In this document: positions 38,350 through 47,152 of the stretch, piece by piece
How positions within the stretch are numbered: the first letter of the stretch is position 1
Layout of the letters: every line of letters begins with the position of its first letter
Source of the DNA: a virus
DNA length: 64,000 nucleotides
Strand: one strand, 5' to 3'
IMG/VR virus record: IMGVR_UViG_3300027971_000039
Location: 21,828-85,827 of that record
Made by a program: the position numbers and the translations under genes
The notes under the pieces: generated by a model
Seen by the model: only the letters and a program-made list of their open reading frames with translations
Databases searched by the model: none
Told to the model about the DNA's origin: nothing

Positions 38350-40712
38350 TTAGCTATTAACAATGTCAGTAATAATGGTGTTACGACCGGGAGCCTGACA
38401 GAAGAGGGCCTGATCGGTGTAAAGGCGTAGCTCGTAAGCCGCGCTGTTCTCTAGGTCACGGAAGAACTCTTCACCTTGACCGGGACGCTTGAAGGTGATA
38501 TCGGTAGAACCGACGCGCATCCAGTCTTCAACGTTAAGAAGATAAGCATATCCTTGCTTAACATAAAGAGACGGCTCAATTTCAATCTCACCATTTTGTG
38601 AATGGAATTTGAGTGATTTTGATCCGTTTTCCATTTTAGCAGGACTGTAGCTCTGATCATACTTGCGTAGAGCAGCTTGGTCGGTGAGCATATTCTGCCA
38701 AGAACGGACGTTGACTAGAGCAAGAAGTGTACCTTCTTGACCTTTTTCAACGGCACGGGTTGCAGCCTGTCCGAGTTTGGTAAAGGATAGAGCAGCTGAA
38801 GCTGCGCTATAGGTGTTACCACGGAAGAGGTTGTAAGTTCCAACGTCGATGTTGAAGAGTGAACCTGAAGAAACGGTTAGAATCTTGTGGATTCCAGCGA
38901 ATTCGTTTCCGTAAGCCCCTTTGTGCCAAATAATATCACCAGAAGCGATGAGAGCAGCAACAGAAGAGTCACAGGTAACAGTCTGAGCAGACATGTCTAC
39001 TGAAAGAACCTTAACAGATGCTTTTAAGGCACCAGTTGAAGGATCGCGAATTTCAATAGGCATTCCTTCTGCCCCTGCCCAGATACCAGGTGCCCATTCA
39101 CCGGTTTCAATGGTGATAACTGCACCAAGTGCGGAGTCAACAACAGCATATCCAACCTGACCATAGAGCATTTCGATTTCGAGCTTCTTGGCCATAGAAC
39201 GGAGCATGTTTGCCACTAGGAATTTAGTAGCATCCATGAAAGCCTTCTGACCACCGAGAGCAGCACGAGAAGCAGCGACATAGCCAAGGAGTGAACGGAG
39301 AACGGCTGGAGAGCCTTTCACCTGAGCGTCTTTGACTTGTCCTGCGACTGGAGCTTGTAAGTTAACAAATTCAAATACTTAATGTATTTGTGTGGGGCTC
39401 TTTATCCCCACAGTCCCATATTTCTATGGGATTGGACTATCTTTTTTTCCAAAAACAGCTATAAAATAATTTACCATTGATTTATCTAAATTCATTAATT
39501 TAGCAATCTTATGTGGCGTATTATTATTGATATGTAAAGAAAGAATTTGTTCTTTCATTTCCATATACTTTTTTGGAAATCGAGGACTCGTGGAAGGATT
39601 ATTAACATTTTCAGTCTCACCTTCTAGTCTCTGCGCGTGTCCAGAGATTTCTTCTGAACTTCCGCTCTGATTGGCATGAGAAAGATATTCAAACTTAAAA
39701 TTTTTACGAATAACATTATATTTACAACTAGCTAAAATACTACTTCTAGAAATATTTAATTCTTTGCAAGCATTTTTAAAAGAACTAAAAACATATACTT
39801 CTGATGTAATTGTATTTATCGCTTTCACACCAACAATATGATTTGTCGATTCTTTGTTTAATTTTTTATTTCTCATTTTTTGTTTTGTTTCGTTGTCAAA
39901 AGTGTAATCATTACCACCAGTGGTTAAATTATAACCATTTGGGCGTAATGTATTATAAAATTCAATAAAATATTTTTCATAATAATTTAATGAATCTTTA
40001 TCAAAACAAGAAATAATTTCTTCAAATATAAAGTTATTAAGGCCGTATTTTTTAAAAGCCTTACCCAAAATACCAGATTTTGTCCACTTGTGTGCACCCC
40101 AACGTAAACGAACATTACGTTTGGTTTGACCAACGTATTGTTGTCCGTTAACTTTGTTAGTGATTAGGTAGATTAATCCGTATTTCATTTTATCTTTCTT
40201 TTAGCGTTCCAGGTTTTTTCCTCAATTTTCACTATACTGTTACCAGTATAGGGCCCTTAACTTAACAAGTCAAGGCGTCTTCGTCTGATCCGGCAAAAGT
40301 CACTCCGTGTTCTAACATACTGTTATCATTGAGTTTTTCTCAATAGGCTGGTCATTTCTGCCAACCTCTACCGTTTCATTTTGTTATTTCGGTAGTTCGG
40401 ACTATCGCATCAACTTTCGTTGCCAACTCGTTTAGTCTCTCACGGTGCTTTCGCTTCCGCCTTGTCACCCTCTACAGGGCTTCCAAGTCAATTAGAGTCG
40501 GTTTAGGCTCGGCTTAGAAGTTAACCGAGGATAATTGGCTGGTGATATAAATTCCCAGGTTGCTTATCCTTGCTCATGAACTTGATCTTATTTAGCAACT
40601 TAACCCCATCTGGGATTAACTCTGCAAGACGATCGGCATAAGTTTCTTTGAAAAATCCATTCAATGTTCCAACGGTATTATTTGGAGTACCGTAAGTATT
40701 TGCACTTGCCAT
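38350..40712 (-). CDS. major capsid protein, spliced: join(40712..40524, 40315..40273, 39365..38350), 415 aa
   Basis: Removing two group I introns gives an open frame ...HQPIILG-LEHGVTFAGSDEDA-FNLQAPVAGQVKDAQVKGSP...; follows scaffold and decoration genes; strong terminator after. Confidence 0.85.
39366..40272 (-). mobile_element. group I intron 2 (907 nt) carrying GIY-YIG endonuclease
   Basis: P1 GCCU|U pairs with AGGGC, U.G at the splice site; P10 UAAGUUAA/UUAACUUA; R GCAGAGACUA; S AAGAUAGUCC; P9 CCCAUA-GAAA-UAUGGG; terminal G. Confidence 0.9.
39424..40188 (-). CDS. intron-encoded GIY-YIG homing endonuclease
   Basis: LIYLITNKVNGQQYVGQT..RW..H, EKYFI...GYNL; NUMOD-like segments; C-terminal HTH-like segment. 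Confidence 0.9.
   Translation of the reverse strand: MKYGLIYLITNKVNGQQYVGQTKRNVRLRWGAHKWTKSGILGKAFKKYGLNNFIFEEIISCFDKDSLNYYEKYFIEFYNTLRPNGYNLTTGGNDYTFDNETKQKMRNKKLNKESTNHIVGVKAINTITSEVYVFSSFKNACKELNISRSSILASCKYNVIRKNFKFEYLSHANQSGSSEEISGHAQRLEGETENVNNPSTSPRFPKKYMEMKEQILSLHINNNTPHKIAKLMNLDKSMVNYFIAVFGKKDSPIP
40316..40523 (-). ncRNA. group I intron 1 (208 nt, ORF-less)
   Basis: P1 CUCGGU|...GCCGAG; P10 UUCUAA/UUAGAA; P3 CCGACUC/GAGUUGG; P7 GACUA/UAGUC; GAAA-capped P6 and P8; terminal G. Confidence 0.9.
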
Positions 40713-40735
40713 ATACTATATTTCCTTTCTATTAA

Positions 40736-41059
40736 TTATTCTTTTACAACGTATTTTAAAATAACACTGTCGGCAGCAACCATAGCTGCACTGAGTGTTA
40801 GAGTTACTTGTGAATCAGCAACGCCGCCAGAAGGAGTTCCAATTGCAATTCCAGCTTGAGCGATTAGATAAACACCAACGCTGTCGTCACAATGTAAAGC
40901 AGCCCGAACTTCAGCAACAGGCTCACCCACTTGAATTACAACATTGGTTCCTGCCCCAAGAGCAATAACACCAATGTCTGATAGTTTTAAACAAAGTTCC
41001 TGCACTTTTAGTGCAACCGAAAGAACTTTGTCGTCTTTTGATTGATAAGAAATTGACAT
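40736..41059 (-). CDS. putative head decoration/cement protein
   Basis: 107 aa beta-rich, between scaffold and capsid. Confidence 0.5.
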   Translation of the reverse strand: MSISYQSKDDKVLSVALKVQELCLKLSDIGVIALGAGTNVVIQVGEPVAEVRAALHCDDSVGVYLIAQAGIAIGTPSGGVADSQVTLTLSAAMVAADSVILKYVVKE

Positions 41060-41179
41060 ATTATTTCCTATATTTGGTTAAATGGTTAATAGTTAATTGC
41101 CTTGTAATCTTCTTAGATATTTCCACTCAGTATACCTGGTTATGGAAAGTCTTAGTTGACTACCCTATAAAACAAACGA

Positions 41180-42115
41180 TCAAACTCCGAAAAAGTCCTT
41201 ATAAGACATTTTCTTTTCAGGTTCTTTTACAGAAGTTTTACCGCCCGTATCTTTTACTGCTTTAGCCGAAGAAACAGCAACTGCTTCTTTAGCCTTAGCA
41301 AGATTCTTTTTACGAAAATTAGCTAAACGCTGCTTTCCTAAAAACTGTTCTAATGCCTCATCTGGCATAGCGTTGATGAGGGTTTGAATATCTTTTTCAA
41401 GTTCTTGTTTTACAAGAGGAATAACATCTTCAGCAGAAACATCATATCCTTCTTGCAAAGCTACAAGCATATAATCTGCAATCTTCTTAACCACATATGG
41501 TTCTTTAGGAAGATTAGAGCTTTCTAAAGCAGCGGTCATTTGCTGATCGTACTTCTCGTATGCTTGCTCTTGTAGTCGTTCAAATTCTTTTTGTTCGAAT
41601 TGTTGTTTTTCTTGTTCACGTTCTTGTTTAAGAGAACGAAGTTCTTCTTCGATTCGTTCTTTTTCAAGTTGTTCAGGTGATTTTTGGGAGTTTTCAATTT
41701 CTTGTTCAATAATTTGTCTTGCTAATTCACGTTCATCAATACTAAGTTCTTTAAGAAGCTTGCGAGGGTTTTTAGTGCCTTCGGTGATTAGCTGACGAAT
41801 TTCTTTTTCAAGCTGGGCATATTCTTGAGCGCGTTTTGTTCCCATGCGTGACATTTGAAGGTGGCGCTTCATGTATTCAATAGCTTCAGGATCATCTGGA
41901 ATTTCAAATGGAAGATCTTCATCAATCTCACGTCCATCTACTTTTAGACGGAGAGAACGAAGCCTAGCTGCTTCTTTAACGGCAGCTTTTGCTTCTTGAC
42001 TAGAGTTTTGGGTTGTTTCTGGGGCATCTGCAATTTCGGCAGAAGAAGATTCGAATACCTCGCTTGAGGTTTCGGGACTAGCTGATTGTACAGCTTGTGC
42101 TGATGAATTATCCAT
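41180..42115 (-). CDS. capsid scaffolding protein
   Basis: Acidic N-terminus, LKVDGREI motif, long coiled coil; upstream of capsid. Confidence 0.75.
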   Translation of the reverse strand: MDNSSAQAVQSASPETSSEVFESSSAEIADAPETTQNSSQEAKAAVKEAARLRSLRLKVDGREIDEDLPFEIPDDPEAIEYMKRHLQMSRMGTKRAQEYAQLEKEIRQLITEGTKNPRKLLKELSIDERELARQIIEQEIENSQKSPEQLEKERIEEELRSLKQEREQEKQQFEQKEFERLQEQAYEKYDQQMTAALESSNLPKEPYVVKKIADYMLVALQEGYDVSAEDVIPLVKQELEKDIQTLINAMPDEALEQFLGKQRLANFRKKNLAKAKEAVAVSSAKAVKDTGGKTSVKEPEKKMSYKDFFGV

Positions 42116-42198
42116 AATATGATACCTTTTTTACGCCCTTACGGGTAGTTTAAAGTGAACCGCTCGACATGAGTAGGTTTCTATTATAGTTGTTAATA

Positions 42199-42309
42199 TT
42201 ATTTACCTTTCTTAATATGCTTTTTAATTCTATTAAACCGTTTCTTATCAGAATACAATTCTTTATATAATGGCTTTGTTGATTCGTATGTGTTAGAAGA
42301 TGCTGACAT
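42199..42309 (-). CDS. small basic protein (36 aa, not in ORF track)
   Basis: MSASSNTYESTKPLYKELYSDKKRFNRIKKHIKKGK; GAGG RBS. Confidence 0.6.
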   Translation of the reverse strand: MSASSNTYESTKPLYKELYSDKKRFNRIKKHIKKGK

Positions 42310-42312
42310 ATA

Positions 42313-43305
42313 TTATTCCTCAGAAGCTGGCATCCTATTTTTCTTTTTTTGTTCAGTTAGCATATTATTTAAACGTCTGTATTTAGCTAATTCAGCTTCT
42401 TCTTGTTCTTGTGTTTGCGTTGAAGTTGGACGTAATAATTCAAGAAATGGAGCAGCTCTTCCTGCTAGTTTTCCAGCCATTCCTAATCCAGTTTCAGCAA
42501 TATCAAGACCTACTTCTGGAATGTTGCCCTCTTTCACATCCATAGCAGCACCAACAGCACCTAAACCTGTTGCAACTTTAGGCAAAGCCCCAAGAACTTT
42601 TTGTGTTCCACGTCCCATAGATGACTTTAAATTTGAAAATTGTTTTTCTCTAGCTATTTGATTTTTGATTTTACCAATATCAACATCCCTAGCGCCTTCG
42701 GGGTCTTTTATGACAGGAGTTGTATCCATAGGCATACCCTGCTCTAACCATTCACGCACTCTTTTAGTGGATCGGGATGCTTCACTCAATCTTTCCATTT
42801 CTTGGAGTGCTTCTGCTTTTGTTGCTTCGTCAATATTAATACCAGCTTCTTTAAATTTATTAGCAATTAGTTCACCAGAAACACCCGCTTGTTTTAATTC
42901 TTCTGCGAAACTTGGTGGTGGGGAATATTTTCCACCAATATAAGAAGCTTTACCTAGTCCCTCACTGGGATATTTTTTTTCAATTTCAAGTGCTTCCATT
43001 GCAATTGGGTCTTCATAAATATCTTTTGCTAGTGTCCTACCTCTAGATTTTATATCTTCCAATGTCTTTTGTTTTAAATCAGGTGGTAAATCTTCTAGAC
43101 TTTTCCCAAAATAAACAGTATCTTTTTGTTTAGCTAAATCTTCAAGATTTTTTGTTTGTTGTTGAGCAAATTCTTCAAATTGAAGTTCTTTACGGCGAGC
43201 ATTTTCAAGATCTCGAAGAAGTTTTTTTTCTTTTTGTTCTGAAGTCATATGAGTAATATCGGTTGCATCTGGGTCTGCTTCTAATATTTTTTTTGCCTTC
43301 GCCAT
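42313..43305 (-). CDS. putative internal virion protein
   Basis: 330 aa; shares a module with ejection protein 12620-14968. Confidence 0.6.
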   Translation of the reverse strand: MAKAKKILEADPDATDITHMTSEQKEKKLLRDLENARRKELQFEEFAQQQTKNLEDLAKQKDTVYFGKSLEDLPPDLKQKTLEDIKSRGRTLAKDIYEDPIAMEALEIEKKYPSEGLGKASYIGGKYSPPPSFAEELKQAGVSGELIANKFKEAGINIDEATKAEALQEMERLSEASRSTKRVREWLEQGMPMDTTPVIKDPEGARDVDIGKIKNQIAREKQFSNLKSSMGRGTQKVLGALPKVATGLGAVGAAMDVKEGNIPEVGLDIAETGLGMAGKLAGRAAPFLELLRPTSTQTQEQEEAELAKYRRLNNMLTEQKKKNRMPASEE

Positions 43306-43308
43306 ATA

Positions 43309-43551
43309 TTAATCCTTTAATCTTTTCTTTAATTTAGAGAATCGCACTTTGCTTGTTTTATGACCAACTTTTTGTTTATCAGCAATAGCTCTTTTTCTTT
43401 CAGAAGAAGATAGCTCTGACCACGTTTTGGGTGTGTCGGATGTAACTTTTTTAGATGGTCTGCATTTAGGAGTGCCTTTAGTGGTGCCTGATCCACATTC
43501 GTCACCCTTTTGGTTAGTCCATTTTTCAGCAAACCATCTTTTGAGGCTCAT
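43309..43551 (-). CDS. small basic phage protein
   Basis: LKRWFAEKW...CG...PKCRPSKKV...TPKT. Confidence 0.7.
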   Translation of the reverse strand: MSLKRWFAEKWTNQKGDECGSGTTKGTPKCRPSKKVTSDTPKTWSELSSSERKRAIADKQKVGHKTSKVRFSKLKKRLKD

Positions 43552-43733
43552 TTATAACCACCACCACGAGCCTTATATGTTTTAACAATCCAAGCAGATG
43601 CATATGCAGAAGGAAAACGATCAAATTTTTGTTTAGCTTCAGCTTTAACACGAGAATATAAAGCAGAATCTGTTGGCTTAGACCCATCAGAAGTTTTACC
43701 TAATGATTTTTTTAGGTTTTTAAATTTAGACAT
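43548..43733 (-). CDS. small basic phage protein
   Basis: KPTDSALYSRVKAEAK.KF..FPSAYASAWIVKTYKARGGGYK. Confidence 0.7.
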   Translation of the reverse strand: MSKFKNLKKSLGKTSDGSKPTDSALYSRVKAEAKQKFDRFPSAYASAWIVKTYKARGGGYK

Positions 43734-43738
43734 AAACA

Positions 43739-43846
43739 TTATTCTTCTGAAGCAGGTACTCTATTTTTCTTTTTTTGTTCTGGTGTTTCTTCTAAAATAC
43801 GAGTTGCGTTTGGGTCTTCATTTAATTTTCTTTTTAAGTTTGCCAT
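43739..43846 (-). CDS. 35 aa mini-protein (not in ORF track)
   Basis: MANLKRKLNEDPNATRILEETPEQKKKNRVPASEE; matches both ends of 42313-43305. Confidence 0.65.
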   Translation of the reverse strand: MANLKRKLNEDPNATRILEETPEQKKKNRVPASEE

Positions 43847-43849
43847 ACC

Positions 43850-44311
43850 TTACTTCTTACCAGCTATGTTTCTTTTTTTAATTGAATTTTTCAAACCACG
43901 AAACTTTTTAATATAATCAGAATCATCTAAATCATCTTCATCAATACTTGAAGCTAATTTATTATGCCCTTGATTCCACATATAGGCAGCTTTTTCTTCA
44001 TCATTTTTCGAACGTTTTAAAACGCGAGTTGCAATATCATCTGCTAAATTTTGTTCTATTCGATCTTGATTTGCTAAAAATTCTTTTAATTGCTCAGGAT
44101 TCATTTGTTGCATTAATGCTTCATCTGGACCGATTTGCCCCTTTAGCTCGCGTCTTTTAATAAATTCTTGAGCTGTTTTAGGCATGATTCCATATTCACC
44201 TATAGCAGCATCTCCTTCATGAATGCCAGATTTAATCGTTGTGTGATCTAAATCTTTTCCACCAGAAGATTCAATTTGTTTTATAATATTTAAAAAATGT
44301 TTTTTATCCAT
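43850..44311 (-). CDS. lytic transglycosylase (SLT/lysozyme-like) protein
   Basis: IKQIESSGG (catalytic Glu), AIGEYGIMPKTA, AAYMWNQG; probable start MDKKHF. Confidence 0.7.
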   Translation of the reverse strand: MDKKHFLNIIKQIESSGGKDLDHTTIKSGIHEGDAAIGEYGIMPKTAQEFIKRRELKGQIGPDEALMQQMNPEQLKEFLANQDRIEQNLADDIATRVLKRSKNDEEKAAYMWNQGHNKLASSIDEDDLDDSDYIKKFRGLKNSIKKRNIAGKK

Positions 44312-44315
44312 ACAA

Positions 44316-44453
44316 TTAAAACGCAATACCTTTTAATTTTTTAATGCTAGGTTCATGCATTTTTTTTAAAAATTCTTTAGGGTGTTCAGAAGCTTGTTTT
44401 TCAGCAGTAGCTTTCTTTTTAATAACTTTTTTAAGTCGCTTAAATTTAGACAT
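44316..44453 (-). CDS. small basic protein (45 aa, not in ORF track)
   Basis: MSKFKRLKKVIKKKATAEKQASEHPKEFLKKMHEPSIKKLKGIAF; fills gap. Confidence 0.6.
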   Translation of the reverse strand: MSKFKRLKKVIKKKATAEKQASEHPKEFLKKMHEPSIKKLKGIAF

Positions 44454-44454
44454 A

Positions 44455-44712
44455 TTAATCTCGCTTGGATTTGTTGCCAATACATTTCCATTTACGGCGG
44501 CTTAAATTGTTTGGGGAGTTGCTATCACTACGCCAATCGCCTTTGATTTTATTTGATCTAGCACAATATGCGTCCGCTTTAGACGTGGAGGGTCTTATGC
44601 GATCACCACCATCAGATGCTTTACCAGCTTGTCCATAAGACACCTTGCGTGTCCTACCACCAACGGTTTTAATAATCTTTGTAAATCGTTTACCCTTAGC
44701 TGGTTTTGCCAT
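44455..44712 (-). CDS. small basic phage protein
   Basis: KVSYGQ...AYCARS...SPNNLSRRKWKC. Confidence 0.7.
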   Translation of the reverse strand: MAKPAKGKRFTKIIKTVGGRTRKVSYGQAGKASDGGDRIRPSTSKADAYCARSNKIKGDWRSDSNSPNNLSRRKWKCIGNKSKRD

Positions 44713-44735
44713 AATTATTACCTAACGTATAGTTG

Positions 44736-44912
44736 TTATTTTATAAATAAAATGTATAAAAATAATATAATATTAAAAAATACTGAGGTAATAAAGGCTT
44801 TTTTATAAGAATTATGTAGTTTTTTATGTTGCCTATGGGCAACGCTTAAATCAATGAATTCTTTTTTTGGTTTGTGTTCTTTTGGATTTTTTTTAAATAT
44901 AACAACGGCCAT
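44736..44912 (-). CDS. small protein with C-terminal TM, probably leaderless
   Basis: Start MAVVIFKK at 44912, 6 nt after TAACAACT; upstream ATG 44960 lies inside a terminator. Confidence 0.55.
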   Translation of the reverse strand: MAVVIFKKNPKEHKPKKEFIDLSVAHRQHKKLHNSYKKAFITSVFFNIILFLYILFIK

Positions 44913-44930
44913 ATTATAAGTTGTTAAAAT

Positions 44931-44962
44931 AAAAAAAAGGATGGGGCATTTCTGCCCCATCC
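44931..44962 (-). terminator. intrinsic terminator
   Basis: GGATGGGGCA-GAAA-TGCCCCATCC then T8. Confidence 0.9.
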
Positions 44963-44986
44963 CCTATTATATTAATTTAGTATATA

Positions 44987-47044
44987 TTAAGCTAAAGTAA
45001 AATCAAAGGAAGAAACTCCTTCAATTTCTGATCGCTTAACAACAAGAAGACTTCGATCTGGTTTAGATATAATCACCTTGTGAAGTTCAAAAACATCACC
45101 AGTCATCATTCCAGAACGTAGTTTCATTGCTTTCTGTGATTCAAAATCACGGAAAGATGCCACTAAACGCTTTGAGCTGCCTTGTTTTTTATAAATAAAG
45201 GTAACAAGTTCCCAACTAGATTCACTTGAGAATTGAGCATCAGCTGCTACTTTTGGTAGTGCTTTTACCATATCCTTGGTCATTTCAACTAAAACGGATT
45301 GACCTGGAATTGGTTGAGTTGCAGAAACTAATGCTTTATCTACAGTGACGTTATTTTCTGAAGTTCCAAGTGGAACATAAAAACCAGTGTTTCCTCTTCC
45401 ACCACTAACTTTATTTACGTTATTACGAACAACAATTCCTTCTTGACGGCAACGTATTGCAAAGTTAGCAAAAACGGTATTCGGTTCCCCAGCACCAAAA
45501 ATACCATCAATTTCGTTATTTTCAACTAATCCACCAAAGGATTCAATTGTAACAGCAGAATTGAACATTGATTTGTTACCAGTAGCACTAATAACAGCAC
45601 CAGATTGACCTTTAATCAAATTGTTTTTAAAGGTGAGGTTTTTGAAGTTATTATTTTGTGGTGTAGTATTTGTTCCAATGTAAACAAAGTTTCTTGCAAC
45701 GTTTGGTACAGAATACGCAATATTAACTACAGTAAAACTAATTGTTTGCCCAACAGTTCCAGAAATAAGTTTATTAATTGTAACGTTATTTCCAGACACA
45801 GATTGAACCTGCCCCTGACTAGTCCAAGCAGATGAAGTCATTGAACCACCAACAACAATACCTCTTGTGCTTCCTACTTGTATAACAGATTGAGCACCAA
45901 TCGAAACAATGGTTGCGTTTGCTGTAAAAGTGCTGAATCCAGGCACATCTGCTGGTTCGCTACCAACGAATGTTTTTCCATCGAAAACGCAGTTTTGTAT
46001 TACTCCATTATCTGAAAGGGTTGTACCACCAGACATAACAGCAGAGTCACCATTCGCAGTGAATCTACAATTTTCAATTAAGAAATTAAGATATCCACTA
46101 CCACTAGAGTTACCAAAACCTAAAGCAGCACCTTCCTGCCCAACGCTTCCGTCAAATCCAATAGCGGTTAAATTACGAATAACCATTCCATTTGAATTTT
46201 GAGTAAAAGCAATGGTAGCGGGGACGCTGCTGGTATTTATCGTCTGTGTAATTGATACGTTTGTTCTTGCTGCTTTAAAGCTAAAAACAACTTTTGAACC
46301 AGTTGCACTGACAGGAGTTGATAGTGTAATGACCTTAGTAGTAGCATTAATAGCAGAAATAACCGATTCAACGCCACTCCCTACAATTTTTTGTCCAACA
46401 ACAATACCAGTAACACTTGGTAGTGTGATTGTTGTACTTCCTTGTGTTACGTTTGCAGCTAATTTAAAAGACAATACAACACCTGATCCACCAGCAGAAG
46501 TTGCTGCATCTAAAGTGATAACCCTAGTGGTTGCATTGATTGCTGTAATATAAGCATTAACACCAACACCTTCTACTTTCATTCCAACAACAAGACTTGT
46601 TGTGTTTGGTAATGTAATTGTTGTTACACCAGAAGCAACTGTTGTTGTTTTAGAAACAACAGTAGGATCTGCCGAAGCTACTGTGGGCAATGATACGCGG
46701 AATTGTGTTGCGCTAATAATTTGCGAAACCCGCGATCCAGATGTAATATTAGTTCCACTTACTGATTTACCACGAACTAAAGCGGCAGTTGATGAAACTG
46801 TTATAACATCTTCTCCTGAAAAGAAAGAAGAACCAGTAAGAACATCATTTGCTAGTTTGCCTTGAAGAACGGTAAGATCTTTTCCAGCACCTTGCATTGT
46901 TATGGTTTTACCCATAAAATCAATGTTTTCGTTCCAAGTACCTTCGCCGATATTAACAATATCACCAGTAACTGCATCGTAAATAGCAGACTGGATTTGT
47001 GTGTGGGTTCCAGACCCATCTTTTTTTACATAAAATGTAGACAT
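44987..47044 (-). CDS. right-handed beta-helix (pectin lyase-like) protein with inserted beta modules
   Basis: YVKKDGSGTHTQIQSAI..A..GDIVNIGEGTWNENI; repeated ITLP.TT.LVVG.K modules; NCRF/NCVF/NNLI ladders. Confidence 0.75.
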   Translation of the reverse strand: MSTFYVKKDGSGTHTQIQSAIYDAVTGDIVNIGEGTWNENIDFMGKTITMQGAGKDLTVLQGKLANDVLTGSSFFSGEDVITVSSTAALVRGKSVSGTNITSGSRVSQIISATQFRVSLPTVASADPTVVSKTTTVASGVTTITLPNTTSLVVGMKVEGVGVNAYITAINATTRVITLDAATSAGGSGVVLSFKLAANVTQGSTTITLPSVTGIVVGQKIVGSGVESVISAINATTKVITLSTPVSATGSKVVFSFKAARTNVSITQTINTSSVPATIAFTQNSNGMVIRNLTAIGFDGSVGQEGAALGFGNSSGSGYLNFLIENCRFTANGDSAVMSGGTTLSDNGVIQNCVFDGKTFVGSEPADVPGFSTFTANATIVSIGAQSVIQVGSTRGIVVGGSMTSSAWTSQGQVQSVSGNNVTINKLISGTVGQTISFTVVNIAYSVPNVARNFVYIGTNTTPQNNNFKNLTFKNNLIKGQSGAVISATGNKSMFNSAVTIESFGGLVENNEIDGIFGAGEPNTVFANFAIRCRQEGIVVRNNVNKVSGGRGNTGFYVPLGTSENNVTVDKALVSATQPIPGQSVLVEMTKDMVKALPKVAADAQFSSESSWELVTFIYKKQGSSKRLVASFRDFESQKAMKLRSGMMTGDVFELHKVIISKPDRSLLVVKRSEIEGVSSFDFTLA

Positions 47045-47091
47045 ATTTTTTTTCCTTTTTATTTAACCGATCTGGAATTAGATCGTTATAT

Positions 47092-47128
47092 AAGAAGCAA
47101 AGGGGCTAGTGATTTCTCACCAGCCCCT
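47092..47128 (-). terminator. probable intrinsic terminator
   Basis: AGGGGCTGGTGA-GAAA-TCACTAGCCCCT hairpin with interrupted T tail. Confidence 0.65.
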
Positions 47129-47152
47129 AAGCTAAACTAAACTGCTAAGTTA

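Noticed and set aside
40521-40523. Stop-codon reassignment or frameshift in the capsid gene
   Set aside because: The TAA is the start of intron 1; all other long genes are intact in the standard code.
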